From contig JAKSIJ010000006.1 of assembly GCA_024398875.1 (NCBI GenBank), positions 59,802 through 123,801 on the forward strand: a stretch of DNA of 64,000 nt, given 5' to 3'. Position 1 is the stretch's first letter; each line of letters begins with the position of its first letter. The position numbers were made by a program, and so were the translations under genes. Below are positions 25,181 through 35,346 of this stretch, piece by piece. Source of the stretch: Fibrobacter sp. (lineage in GTDB: Bacteria > Fibrobacterota > Fibrobacteria > Fibrobacterales > Fibrobacteraceae). Below the pieces are notes generated by a model, which had not been told where the DNA came from, did not search any database, and was given only the letters and a program-made list of their open reading frames with translations.

Positions 25181-25909
25181 ATGAAAAAGACAAATTTTAT
25201 GAATAAGCTTTTATCTGTTGCCTGCCTGGCTACAGCATCCATGTTCTTTGCCGCCTGCGATGGCACAAACCCCATGGAAACCCAAAACGAAATTCAGAAG
25301 GAAATCTTCAGCAGCAAGGACGCTACCTTCGAAAAATTGGATGCCGACCTCGCTCAAGTAGATTTCTACGCTTGCAAGCAGACGTACAACGCCAAGCGTT
25401 GCAAAAACTTCTACGAGAAGTACGGTGCCTACGACACACCCGAAATTGCGAACCCGCTCTACAATGATGAGGGCGACACAATCCAGGTCAAGGACTCTGT
25501 AGATTACTTGCAAGAAAATGCTATGCTGAACATCACCTTGACTGGGTTTGATTTACTCGCTTCTGCTGAAGCAGCAGACACCCTGGAAGTCAAGTTCATG
25601 GTCAAGTCTTATAGTGAAACCGTTCTTGCAAATACCTCCATGTCCCCCATCTTGATTGACACGACGGATGTGACCACTTGGGAAGAAAAGTCCGCAGGTG
25701 CTGTTTCTCTGGCACGTGGCATCAACATCATCAAGATTTGCCCTGTGGTCACATTGAAGAAGCCCGTTGGCGAAGATGACGAGACTCTATCCACAGATGA
25801 GGATTGCGTCACAGTCGAAGCTCTTGGCCAAATCAAGGCCAACGAAACCACCGCCGTATCTAGCGAGACGGAATTCTTCAATATTAAGTGGGATTGGTAC
25901 TTGTACTAA
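25181..25909 (+). CDS. Hypothetical lipoprotein
   Basis: FFAA-C lipobox; 5 nt downstream of the previous gene. Confidence 0.7.
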   Translation: MKKTNFMNKLLSVACLATASMFFAACDGTNPMETQNEIQKEIFSSKDATFEKLDADLAQVDFYACKQTYNAKRCKNFYEKYGAYDTPEIANPLYNDEGDTIQVKDSVDYLQENAMLNITLTGFDLLASAEAADTLEVKFMVKSYSETVLANTSMSPILIDTTDVTTWEEKSAGAVSLARGINIIKICPVVTLKKPVGEDDETLSTDEDCVTVEALGQIKANETTAVSSETEFFNIKWDWYLY

Positions 25910-25922
25910 TCTTGAATCTCGG

Positions 25923-27779
25923 CTAACCACCGAGGTTATCTAGATATTCAAATCTTTCGTAGGCTTGTTCCAACTCGGACTCCAGGCCTACGATTTCTTT
26001 TTGTAGTTCCAAAATCCGGGGCGCATTGGTGTAGACTTCCGGCTTGGATAGTTCAGTCTGGCGACTAGCGATTTCCGCTTCCAGAGATTCAATCTTTTCC
26101 GGAAGTGCGGCATACTCCCGCTCCTCGTTGTAGCTACGCTTTTTCTTTTTGATAGGGGTTGGCATGGGAGGCACCACGCCGGCCGGAACAGCCGTTGCTG
26201 ACAGGGGCTGCGCGGAAATTGCAGCGGACTTGGATTGCGCGCGGGCAGCCTCCTTCTCCCGGAACTTGCGGTTGGCTTCATAATCCGAATAGCCGCCCAC
26301 AGCCTCAAAAACGTTGCCGTCATCCTCGATGGCAAAAATGCTGGTAACCACGGAATCCAGAAAGGCGCGGTCATGACTGACGGTGATGACAGTTCCCTTA
26401 TAGTCGGCAAGCAGTTCCGCCAACAAATCCAGAGTTTCCATGTCTAAGTCGTTGGTAGGCTCGTCCAGAACAAGGACGTTACTGGGATGGCTGAAGAGAC
26501 AAGCCAGCAGTAGGCGGTTCCGTTCGCCACCACTCAAGGCGCTGATGGGTCCGCGGGCTCGTTCTGCAGAAAAGAGAAAGTCTTGCAGATAACTTAACAC
26601 ATGACGCTTGACGCCATTCAGTGTGATGTAGGCCTGACCATCGCCGATGTTCTCAATGAGAGATTTATCTTCCCGAAGGCGCGTGCGCATCTGATCGAAG
26701 TAGGCGATTTGCAGATTGCTACCCAAGCGGATTTCGCCTGAATCGGGAGTGAGTTCGCCCAAAATGAGGCGAAGAAGCGTCGTTTTGCCCGAACCATTGG
26801 GCCCTACGATGCCAATGCGGTCACCGCGAGAGACTTCCGTAGAGAAGTCGCGGATGAGAGGTTCGCCCTCATAGGCGTACGTCACGTTCGTGAGGCGGGC
26901 AACCAGGCGCCCGGAGCGTTCCGCCTCGGTAATCTGCATGTTGACGCTTCCGGTGCGCGTGCGCCTTGCCGCACGTTCTTCGCGCATACGGATGAGCGCA
27001 CGCACGCGCCCCTCGTTCCGAGTGCGCCGCGCCTGGATGCCCTTCCGTATCCAGACTTCTTCTTCAGCCAAGCGCTTGTCAAAAAGCTGGTTCGCCTTCT
27101 CTTCTTCTACTAATGCCTGATCCCGAAACTGCACGAACTTGTCGTAAGGGAAATCCCAACTGCGAATGCGACCCCGGTCCAACTCAAAAATGCGCGTGGC
27201 AATCCGCCGGACAAAAGCTCTATCGTGACTGACGAACAGCACCGCACAATCCAGGCGTGAAACGATTCCCTCCAGCCATTGAATCGCGGGAATATCCAAA
27301 TGGTTGGTGGGCTCATCCAGCAATAGCAAATCTGGGTCTTCAGCAACCGCCCGCGCAAACAGCACGCGGCGCTTCTGCCCGCCGGAGAGGTCGTCATACC
27401 GCAGGTCTGCAGGGATACCCGTCTTCCCCAGGATGGCTTCCGCATGAGAATTGCGGAGAGCATCATCTGCGCCCACCTCGCGCGCGGTATTAGCGCCCGT
27501 GATAGGAACACGTCCCATCACCACATCGCGGACAGTTCCTTCCAAATGCGCGGGAATCTCCTGAATCATGCGGCTGATCTTGAGGCCCGACTTCTTGACG
27601 ATATCGCCGGAGTTCATCTCCATCTCGCCCGTCAAAATTTTCAAGAGGGTACTCTTGCCCTCCCCATTACGGCCCACAAGGCATATCCGGTCCCCAGCCT
27701 CAATATCAAAAGAGACGTTATCTAAAAGCGGCGGACCGCCAAACCGGAGCAGAATGTTCTGAGCCGAAAGAATGGGCAT
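25923..27779 (-). CDS. uup: ABC-F family ATPase (Uup-like)
   Basis: Two NBDs (GRNGEGKS/LSGGQ/DEPTNHL and GPNGSGKT/LSGGE/DEPTNDLD), linker WIRKGIQARRTRNEGRVRAL, C-terminal coiled coil. Confidence 0.92.
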   Translation of the reverse strand: MPILSAQNILLRFGGPPLLDNVSFDIEAGDRICLVGRNGEGKSTLLKILTGEMEMNSGDIVKKSGLKISRMIQEIPAHLEGTVRDVVMGRVPITGANTAREVGADDALRNSHAEAILGKTGIPADLRYDDLSGGQKRRVLFARAVAEDPDLLLLDEPTNHLDIPAIQWLEGIVSRLDCAVLFVSHDRAFVRRIATRIFELDRGRIRSWDFPYDKFVQFRDQALVEEEKANQLFDKRLAEEEVWIRKGIQARRTRNEGRVRALIRMREERAARRTRTGSVNMQITEAERSGRLVARLTNVTYAYEGEPLIRDFSTEVSRGDRIGIVGPNGSGKTTLLRLILGELTPDSGEIRLGSNLQIAYFDQMRTRLREDKSLIENIGDGQAYITLNGVKRHVLSYLQDFLFSAERARGPISALSGGERNRLLLACLFSHPSNVLVLDEPTNDLDMETLDLLAELLADYKGTVITVSHDRAFLDSVVTSIFAIEDDGNVFEAVGGYSDYEANRKFREKEAARAQSKSAAISAQPLSATAVPAGVVPPMPTPIKKKKRSYNEEREYAALPEKIESLEAEIASRQTELSKPEVYTNAPRILELQKEIVGLESELEQAYERFEYLDNLGG

Positions 27780-29263
27780 TACATCTTTCCGGTTTCCATG
27801 AACCGTGTATGCATTTCAAAAGCGCGGGAAAGTGCTAGCGGCAAATGCGTTCCCTTCGCATGCTTCAAGCCAAATTCCAGCACGTCTGTCAATTCATCGC
27901 GAAAATCGGGATGTGCGCAGTTCTTGATAATGAGGCGAGCCCGCTCTTCGCTGGGGAGGCCACGCAAATCCGCCAACCCCTGTTCCGTCACAAAAATCTG
28001 AGTGTCATGTTCCGTGTGGTCCACGTGGCTCACGTAGGGAACAATGCTGCTGATGGCGCCACCCTTCGCTACAGAGGGCGTGAGGAAAAATCCCAGGGCG
28101 CAATTTCTTGCAAAATCTGCAGAACCGCCGATGCCGTTCATCATGGCAGAACCGCAAACTAGTGAACTGTTCACATTGCCAAAGATATCCGCCTCCAACG
28201 CCGTGTTCATGGAAATCACACCCACGCGGCGAATCAAATCCGGACTGTTGCTGACTTCCTGCTGGCGAATGACGAAATGCTTTTTCCATTCTGCGGCATT
28301 CTCCACATATTCCTGCTGCGCCTTTTGCGAAAGCGTCAAAGCTGTTCCGCTTGCAAAGCCCAACTTTCCTTTTTTGAGAAGAGGAAGCACGGCCTCCTGA
28401 ATCACTTCGGTAAACAAATCGATGCGCCCCAGGCGTTCATCTTCGGCCATAGCGCAAAGCACCGCATTCGCGACCTTGCCCACACCGCTCTGGTAGGCCA
28501 TTCCCTTGGGGAGGCGCCCACTCCTTTCCTCAAACCGGATAAAATCCAGAATCCGCTCGCCAATATTCTTGGAGACTTCATCGGGCTCCACAAAAGGCGT
28601 CACTTCATCAAACCCATCATTCTCCACAATGGCGATCACCTTATTCGGATCAATGCGGACAAAATCCTCACCGGCTCTATCGCCAGAACTCATAATCGGG
28701 AGAGACTTCGCATGAGGCGGAAGTTCTGGTAGGGCATTGTCGTGAACGCCCACGAAACTATCCCCATAACGGGTATTCAATTCCAAAATAATCTTCGGGG
28801 CCATTTCCAAATAACAGACGGAATTGCCACCAGATGAAGAAAGATACACGCGACCGTCCGGCAGAATGGCGCTGACCTCGATAATCGCCACCGTAGGCGC
28901 AGGCACAGCCCCCGTGCGGACCAGATAGCCCATCTTCCCGAGATGAGCGTCAATATACTTGATGGAGCCGTTGTTGATGCCCTTGCGCAAATCCGCATTG
29001 CTCTGGTAGGGCATGCGAAGTTTCATCGCGCCCGCACGAGCGAGAGCGCCATCGCAGCTATCGCCGGTACTGGCTCCCGCAAAAAGAGTCACCTGGAATT
29101 CCTGGCCCTGCTCATGAAGCTTTTCTGCACGAGCCGCAATGGCTAGGGGAACTGCCTTGGGGTAGCCCGCCAAGGTAAAGCCGGAAACGCCGAGCACATC
29201 TCCGTTTTCAATCATTTCTGCTGCCGCAGCAGCACTGCATCTTTTGCTTGTAATCCAGTCCAT
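27779..29263 (-). CDS. Succinyl-CoA:acetate CoA-transferase / acetyl-CoA hydrolase family
   Basis: SGFTLAGYPKAVP, QSGVGKVANA, FTEVIQE, EADIFGNVNS, NGIGGSADF, VTEQGLADLRG. Confidence 0.92.
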   Translation of the reverse strand: MDWITSKRCSAAAAAEMIENGDVLGVSGFTLAGYPKAVPLAIAARAEKLHEQGQEFQVTLFAGASTGDSCDGALARAGAMKLRMPYQSNADLRKGINNGSIKYIDAHLGKMGYLVRTGAVPAPTVAIIEVSAILPDGRVYLSSSGGNSVCYLEMAPKIILELNTRYGDSFVGVHDNALPELPPHAKSLPIMSSGDRAGEDFVRIDPNKVIAIVENDGFDEVTPFVEPDEVSKNIGERILDFIRFEERSGRLPKGMAYQSGVGKVANAVLCAMAEDERLGRIDLFTEVIQEAVLPLLKKGKLGFASGTALTLSQKAQQEYVENAAEWKKHFVIRQQEVSNSPDLIRRVGVISMNTALEADIFGNVNSSLVCGSAMMNGIGGSADFARNCALGFFLTPSVAKGGAISSIVPYVSHVDHTEHDTQIFVTEQGLADLRGLPSEERARLIIKNCAHPDFRDELTDVLEFGLKHAKGTHLPLALSRAFEMHTRFMETGKM

Positions 29264-29288
29264 GGCCTAAAATTAGTATTTTAGCGGT

Positions 29289-29708
29289 GTGCTAAACTTC
29301 ATCAAGTACAACATCATTGGCGTTATGAATACCCTGATCACGCTCCTAGTGGTTTGGATTTTACACCAGTGGTTGGACTGGAATATAGAGCTCTCCAACT
29401 TCCTCGGGTTCATTGCCGGTGGCGTGAACAGTTACATCTGCAACCGCATCTGGAATTTCAAAAGCCAAAACAAAAAACGCGCAGAAGTCGTCCGGTTTCT
29501 CATCGTGTTTCTCGTGAGTTATGGTCTGAATTTACTTGTACTGGAAGGAAGCACATACATTTTGCAAAACGCCACCTGGTGCGCCTCTTTCACTGCATGG
29601 ATTTCCCAATTTATGAAGCCCACATTCTTCGCAAATATCATCGCCAACGTGGTGTATGTGCTGGTGAGTTTTACGCTCTACAAGAAGTGGGTTTTTGCGG
29701 CAAAATAA
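29289..29708 (+). CDS. GtrA family membrane protein
   Basis: KYNIIGVMNT, NSYICNRIWNF, SFTLYKKWVF; GTG start. Confidence 0.88.
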   Translation: MLNFIKYNIIGVMNTLITLLVVWILHQWLDWNIELSNFLGFIAGGVNSYICNRIWNFKSQNKKRAEVVRFLIVFLVSYGLNLLVLEGSTYILQNATWCASFTAWISQFMKPTFFANIIANVVYVLVSFTLYKKWVFAAK

Positions 29709-29740
29709 TGCTTCTGCTTCAGGCAGAACGGCTCAAACTC

Positions 29741-29803
29741 AAAACGCACGAAAACAAGGGGCTCTCTCCCTTCGGTCGCTCCGCATTGTTTTCTTAGCGT
29801 TTT
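29741..29803. repeat. Long imperfect inverted repeat between convergent genes
   Basis: AAAACGCACGAAAACAA ... TTGTTTTCTTAGCGTTTT around a GC-rich core. Confidence 0.6.
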
Positions 29804-29848
29804 AGTTTTTCGCCTTTTGCCTTTCGCCAAAGGCACCATTATTCCACC

Positions 29849-30844
29849 TTATTTCGCGGAATAGCTCTTGAACCAGTCGGCGAAGGCCTTTATACCCACA
29901 TCCAAATCCGTGTCGGCGGTATAGCCCACATCCCGTTCCAAAGCCTTGGTATCAGCCCAGGTGATTTCCACATCACCCGGCTGCATAGGCATGTAGATTT
30001 TCTCGGCGGTCTTGCCCAAATGCTTTTCCAGAGTCTTCACAAAATCCAGAAGATTCACCGGATTGCCATGACCGATGTTGTAGAGGCGAGATTCCGCCGC
30101 GCTGGCAGAAGCGCCAGCGGCTTCAAAACGAGCAGCGCCCGTTTCATAGACCTTCACCACACCGCCTACGATATCATCGATGTAGGTGAAGTCCCGCTGC
30201 ATATTTCCGTTGTTGAAAATCTTGATGGGCTTGTCATGGAGTATTGCATCGGCAAAGAGCCAGGGCGCCATATCCGGGCGGCCCCAAGGTCCATAAACCG
30301 TAAAGAAGCGAAGACCCGTAGAATTCACCTGGAAAAGGTGGCGGTAAGTCTCCGCCATCAGTTCGTTACTGCGTTTGGTAGCCGCATACAAGCTAGACGG
30401 AGAACAGACCGGATCATCCGTAGAGAAAGGCGTCTTTGTATTCCGGCCATAAACGCTGGAAGAGGAGGCATACGTCAAGTGTGCTACCGGGAACTTGCGG
30501 CAACCCTCTAAAATACTTAAGAAGCCCGTAATGTTGCTGTCGATATAGGCTTGGGGATTCTGAAGGCTATAGCGAACACCGGCCTGAGCTCCCAGATGAA
30601 TCACGCCATCAAACTTTTCCTTGGCGAACAAATCCATGATAGCGGCGGAATCCGCCAAGTCCATTTTTTCAAAACGGAAGTTCACATCGTCCAGACGCTT
30701 GAGGCGGTCTTCTTTAAGACTCACCTGGTAATAAGCGTTCATGTTGTCGATACCAACCACCTGGTAGCCCTTCTTCAACAAAAGGAGGGACACTTCACAA
30801 CCGATAAAACCTGCGGCACCTGTCACTAGAATCTTTTTAGCCAT
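29849..30844 (-). CDS. NAD-dependent epimerase, UDP-glucuronate 4-epimerase (CapI-like)
   Basis: LVTGAAGFIG, HLGAQAGVRYS, YASSSSVYG, YAATK, LRFFTVYGPWGRPDMA, RDFTYIDD. Confidence 0.93.
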   Translation of the reverse strand: MAKKILVTGAAGFIGCEVSLLLLKKGYQVVGIDNMNAYYQVSLKEDRLKRLDDVNFRFEKMDLADSAAIMDLFAKEKFDGVIHLGAQAGVRYSLQNPQAYIDSNITGFLSILEGCRKFPVAHLTYASSSSVYGRNTKTPFSTDDPVCSPSSLYAATKRSNELMAETYRHLFQVNSTGLRFFTVYGPWGRPDMAPWLFADAILHDKPIKIFNNGNMQRDFTYIDDIVGGVVKVYETGAARFEAAGASASAAESRLYNIGHGNPVNLLDFVKTLEKHLGKTAEKIYMPMQPGDVEITWADTKALERDVGYTADTDLDVGIKAFADWFKSYSAK

Positions 30845-30927
30845 TATTCGCCTATTCTCTAATTTCTCAAAACATAACTTTTTTCAGTGTTTCCACAAAA
30901 GGCAAATGGCTAATAAAACTAATTTTT

Positions 30928-31752
30928 ATGCAACTTTTTCAGGGTTCAGCACATCTAAAGAACGTGGAAACGACGAACTTCAATACCTCGGGAGAGCCCA
31001 TCCTCTCCATTCAAAACCTCCGCCGTGATTTTAAAATGGGCGACGAGGTGGTTCACGCCTTGCGGGGTGTGAGCTTCGATATCCATCGAGGGGAATTCGT
31101 CACCATCATGGGCACCAGCGGCTCCGGCAAATCCACCATGCTGAATATTTTAGGTTGTATGGACAAGCCTACCGGCGGGCACTACATTCTGGATGGCGAA
31201 CATACGGAAAAACTCTCACGGGATGCCCTCGCCCGCATTCGTAGCCAGAAAATCGGTTTTGTATTCCAGAGCTACAACCTTCTCTCCCGCACCACAGCAA
31301 TTGAGAATGTGGAACTTCCGCTGCTCTATAACCCGAAAATCAGCGCCGAGGAGCGGCATCACCGCGCTCTCGCAGCCCTCAAGATGGTTGGGCTGGAAGA
31401 CCGCATGAACCACATGCCAAACCAGATGAGTGGCGGTCAGCAGCAGCGTGTGGCCATCGCCCGCGCCCTAGTGAACGACCCTGTCATCATTCTCGCCGAC
31501 GAAGCCACCGGAAATCTGGACACCCGCACCAGCTACGAAATCATGATGATTTTCCAGGAACTGCACCGGCAGGGGAAAACCATCGCCTTCGTAACGCATG
31601 AGCCCGATATTGCAACTTTCAGCGGTCGCACAGTGACGTTGCGCGATGGACTCCTGAAAAAAGACGTGGTGAACGAGAAGGTGCAAGATGCAAGGGCCGC
31701 CTTTGAAGCGCTGCCTCCTCCCGAAACTTTTGATGACGAGGAGGATGCATGA
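30928..31752 (+). CDS. ABC transporter ATP-binding protein (MacB/LolD-like)
   Basis: GTSGSGKST, IGFVFQSYNLL, MSGGQQQRVAIARAL, ILADEATGNLD. Confidence 0.93.
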   Translation: MQLFQGSAHLKNVETTNFNTSGEPILSIQNLRRDFKMGDEVVHALRGVSFDIHRGEFVTIMGTSGSGKSTMLNILGCMDKPTGGHYILDGEHTEKLSRDALARIRSQKIGFVFQSYNLLSRTTAIENVELPLLYNPKISAEERHHRALAALKMVGLEDRMNHMPNQMSGGQQQRVAIARALVNDPVIILADEATGNLDTRTSYEIMMIFQELHRQGKTIAFVTHEPDIATFSGRTVTLRDGLLKKDVVNEKVQDARAAFEALPPPETFDDEEDA

Positions 31753-32963
31753 GTCCGTTAACCCTCGCTAAAATTGCCCTCAAGGCTCTTTTCCGGAACC
31801 GGATGCGCACATTCCTTTCTGTACTGGGCATCGTAATTGGTGTTGCCGCCGTGATTACCATGGTGGCTATGGGCGAAGGCTCCAAGAAATCCATCAAGGA
31901 AAAGATGACGGCAATGGGTACCAATGCCATCGTCATCATGCCCAATCAGCAACGCCGCGGTGGCGTGCAGTTGGACGCCAACAGTACTGCCCAAACTCTA
32001 GAAGAGGCCGATGTCATCGCCCTCCGCAGGGAAGCCACATACATCAACGCCGTTTCACCTGTAATTACCGCAAACGGGCAGGCTGTTGTAGGCAACAACA
32101 ACTCCCCCACACAACTCACGGGCGTCTCTAGCGACTACCTCCTCATCCGCAATTATGAAATCGAAGATGGTGTGATGTTTGATGACGAAACAGACCGCAT
32201 GGCAAAAGTCTGCGTCATCGGGCAAACTGTCGTAAAGAACCTCTTCCCTGAAGGTAACCCCATCGGGAAAACCCTCCGCTACAAAAGCATCCCGCTGAAA
32301 GTCATCGGGACGTTGAAGGCTAAAGGCTCCGGCGACTTCGGGCAAGATCAGGACGACATCATCTTCACGCCCTACCAAACCGTCATGAAGCGTTTCAACG
32401 CCACAACTGACATCCGGCAGATTTACGCCAACTCCATCGGGGAAGGCTACGCCGAGAAGGCGACCGAAGAAATCATGGGCATCTTGAAGGAGCGTCGCGG
32501 CTGGACAAAACCTGTGGACCCCTTCCGCGTCCGCACGCAGGAAGAAATGATTTCCATGATTACCAGCACTTCCGATTTGCTTTCTCTGGTACTTACCGCA
32601 ATTGCAGGCATCAGCCTCTTTGTGGGCGGCATCGGCATCATGAACATCATGTACGTGTCCGTCACGGAACGCACTAAGGAAATCGGCCTCCGGATGGCCA
32701 TCGGCGCCCGCAGCCGCGACATTCTGCTGCAGTTCCTGTTTGAATCCGTGATGATTAGCCTTCTGGGTGGCGCCATCGGAATAGCCCTTGGCATAGCCGC
32801 ATCCCAAGCGATAAAGACCATCATGAACTGGCCCATGAGCGTCTCCATCACCAGCGTGATTGTGAGCTTTGGCGTGTGCTTTGCTACAGGCGTTTTCTTT
32901 GGCTGGTATCCGGCCCGTAAAGCAAGCCGCCTGGATCCCATAGAAGCCCTGAGATTCGAGTAA
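31749..32963 (+). CDS. ABC transporter permease (MacB-like)
   Basis: RTFLSVLGIVIGV, VGGIGIMNIMYVSVTERTKEIGLRMAIGA, PARKASRLDPIEALR; 4-bp overlap with the ATPase gene. Confidence 0.93.
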   Translation: MSPLTLAKIALKALFRNRMRTFLSVLGIVIGVAAVITMVAMGEGSKKSIKEKMTAMGTNAIVIMPNQQRRGGVQLDANSTAQTLEEADVIALRREATYINAVSPVITANGQAVVGNNNSPTQLTGVSSDYLLIRNYEIEDGVMFDDETDRMAKVCVIGQTVVKNLFPEGNPIGKTLRYKSIPLKVIGTLKAKGSGDFGQDQDDIIFTPYQTVMKRFNATTDIRQIYANSIGEGYAEKATEEIMGILKERRGWTKPVDPFRVRTQEEMISMITSTSDLLSLVLTAIAGISLFVGGIGIMNIMYVSVTERTKEIGLRMAIGARSRDILLQFLFESVMISLLGGAIGIALGIAASQAIKTIMNWPMSVSITSVIVSFGVCFATGVFFGWYPARKASRLDPIEALRFE

Positions 32964-32965
32964 AA

Positions 32966-34429
32966 CTAATTATTCTTAGAAGCAATGAGTTCGTGGGCTT
33001 CTTTAAGCTTGCCAATCGCTGCCGTCGAGGCATCAAAGCTCTTCTTGACCAAAGCCTGCGCTTCTTCAAAGAACACCTTATTACAGAACAAATCTTCCTG
33101 CGCAGCCTTGATGTTCTTATACACTTCACGCATTACTTGAAGGTTTTTAGATTCCCTTTCAGAAACTTCCTGGATTTCCTTGCAGATGGCATCCAGTTCC
33201 TCTTGCTTCTGGGCAATGATAGTGGGGTCATTTTCCCGAATGATATATGAGGGTACCTTTCCAAATTCCTCATACTTCCCTACAACCGCAGAAGCTGCAC
33301 GGGCGGAAGAATTTCGAAGTCCCACAGATTTTGCAGCAGAATCAATAGCGATAGAGCAGAGAGATGTCCCATGATAATTGCAAAGCACCCGTTTTTCTTC
33401 TTGACGTAATTCGTTATACGGATGGAAATCCTGTTCCGTCTCCACATAGCGAAGCGGAGCGTACAACGGTGTAGGTTCGCCTGCAACGGTAATGCGATAG
33501 AAAAGACAAGGTTCGTTATTGAAGCTTTTGGTTTCGTACAAATTATTACTGCGATTTAACAATTTGTGTACACGCTCTAAAAGTTTATCCCCATCGTAAG
33601 GATCATTCAAAACACCCGGAGCATCCTTAAACAGAGCGCTATAGACAATTTCACGATACTTGTCTGCGATAATCTTGTTAGAAGTATTACGGCCCCAAAT
33701 CGATGTTCCAAGGAAGAACGTATCCGTCAATTGTGTTTCCGAGCGGCCATTGAAAAACGCCACCGCCTTCACCATATTGGTGAGGGCAATCCATTTGCGG
33801 ATGGATACATAAAAATTATTCTGCTCACAAATTTCAGCAACCTTGCCAATAACATTCAGAGAATCCGCCGACAACGAGACCTTCTTGATTTCTTCGTTCC
33901 AAAGGTTACGTTCCTCCGCAGATACCGCCATTCCAAGGGGAACATGTGTTGCGGTCACGTCACCTGGGGTTTGGAGTAGCGAGCAAAGCGCACCAGAAGA
34001 AATACTATCCGGGAGAGCGATGGTCAGCGTGATCTCATCCACAATCTCCCCACGATTGAGAGCCACCTCAGGGCGAAGTTCTCCAGAAATGATAACGGAT
34101 GCCTTACCGCCATCCTGCAAAGCAATGTGGACTTGGGTCTTTTCGTCTTCCTCAGCAGGGTCAAACTTTTGGAATACGATAATGTCAAAAGCATTCAGTT
34201 TTTCAGGAATTTCCTGATCTCGCTTGCCAATTTTCAGCACCTTTGCATTCTTAAAAGCCGCAATCAAGCGTTCCACAATCAGAGACTTTCCGGAACCAGC
34301 ACGTCCATACAGATAAAAAGGCTCGCCAATGAGAGTAGAAAGAAATCCCAATTGAATAAAAAATTCGCGTTCGGGAATCCCTGCCGATAGAGACTGCAAA
34401 AGTTCTGAAATTCGTTTCGTCAATGTCAT
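32966..34429 (-). CDS. Divergent RavA-like AAA protein
   Basis: The N-terminus follows the RavA pattern (GIPERE..GEPFYLYGRAGSGKSLIVERL..AF) and VSIRKW..VKAVAFFNGR is present, but no Walker B DE is recognisable. Confidence 0.55.
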   Translation of the reverse strand: MTLTKRISELLQSLSAGIPEREFFIQLGFLSTLIGEPFYLYGRAGSGKSLIVERLIAAFKNAKVLKIGKRDQEIPEKLNAFDIIVFQKFDPAEEDEKTQVHIALQDGGKASVIISGELRPEVALNRGEIVDEITLTIALPDSISSGALCSLLQTPGDVTATHVPLGMAVSAEERNLWNEEIKKVSLSADSLNVIGKVAEICEQNNFYVSIRKWIALTNMVKAVAFFNGRSETQLTDTFFLGTSIWGRNTSNKIIADKYREIVYSALFKDAPGVLNDPYDGDKLLERVHKLLNRSNNLYETKSFNNEPCLFYRITVAGEPTPLYAPLRYVETEQDFHPYNELRQEEKRVLCNYHGTSLCSIAIDSAAKSVGLRNSSARAASAVVGKYEEFGKVPSYIIRENDPTIIAQKQEELDAICKEIQEVSERESKNLQVMREVYKNIKAAQEDLFCNKVFFEEAQALVKKSFDASTAAIGKLKEAHELIASKNN

Positions 34430-34479
34430 ACAACACTCCTGTAAAGCACGACAAATTTACAAATTTCTTACAATGCCGT

Positions 34480-35337
34480 CTAGATAAAATTCAAGCGAAA
34501 CAAAAGTTCCACTTTTTGAGCGAAGTATGGCGACACAGAAACTTTCTGCCCTACCACCCTGATTTTAGGATTCCTCTGCAACTCCGCAGGCAATCGACAA
34601 GAATCCTTTTCAGTCATCCATACAGCATCTGCAAGCTCCATGGCGGAAATTACAGCTGCTGTAAATTTTGAGTCGTGGTCAGGACGTTGAATCACAGTCT
34701 GCACATCCACTCCAGCCTTCTTCAAATCCTCCACAAAGCGATCCGGATTTCCTAGCCCACAAACAACAGCATTTCTCGTCCGCTTATCTGCAATTTCAAC
34801 AGTTTCCAGTTCAAAAGAAACATCCCTCTCCGCACCGTAGCAGCGTGCAACCAAAGCCGGAGCCTCATGATCTTGCACCAAACTACGATGTTTCCCTAGC
34901 GGAATCAAATCTTTAAAAGACGTGGGCGGTTGCGACCAATCCAAACGGATAACTTTTGCCCCCACCAGGCGAGAATCCTCAAAGCCATCATCACAGATGA
35001 TGAAATCAAACAGTCTATCAATTTCATGCGCCGTTTTATACCGATTTTTTGTGGCAAATACCCGCACATTCGTGCAATCGTACAACTTCATTTTATACAA
35101 ATTAACTTCATCCCAAGCCTTGAAATGGCACAAAACCGCCACCTTGTAATTTGCAGGAATCCTCCGCACCAACCACAGACAAAAAGGTGTCTTTCCAGCG
35201 CCACCGACCAAAAAACTCCCAACCACAATTAGCTGGGCATGGGAAAGAGGCTTCCCCGATTTGAGGCAAAAATGATGATGAAGCAAATACCCAATCCTGT
35301 AGACCAGAGCTAGAAGGTATTTCAGGAATAGAGGCAC
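34480..35337 (-). CDS. lpxK: Tetraacyldisaccharide 4'-kinase
   Basis: IVVGSFLVGGAGKTP, DEVNL, IICDDGFED, LIPLGKHR, GLGNPDRF, PDH, MTEKD. Confidence 0.85.
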   Translation of the reverse strand: MPLFLKYLLALVYRIGYLLHHHFCLKSGKPLSHAQLIVVGSFLVGGAGKTPFCLWLVRRIPANYKVAVLCHFKAWDEVNLYKMKLYDCTNVRVFATKNRYKTAHEIDRLFDFIICDDGFEDSRLVGAKVIRLDWSQPPTSFKDLIPLGKHRSLVQDHEAPALVARCYGAERDVSFELETVEIADKRTRNAVVCGLGNPDRFVEDLKKAGVDVQTVIQRPDHDSKFTAAVISAMELADAVWMTEKDSCRLPAELQRNPKIRVVGQKVSVSPYFAQKVELLFRLNFI

Positions 35338-35346
35338 AACGCCCTC

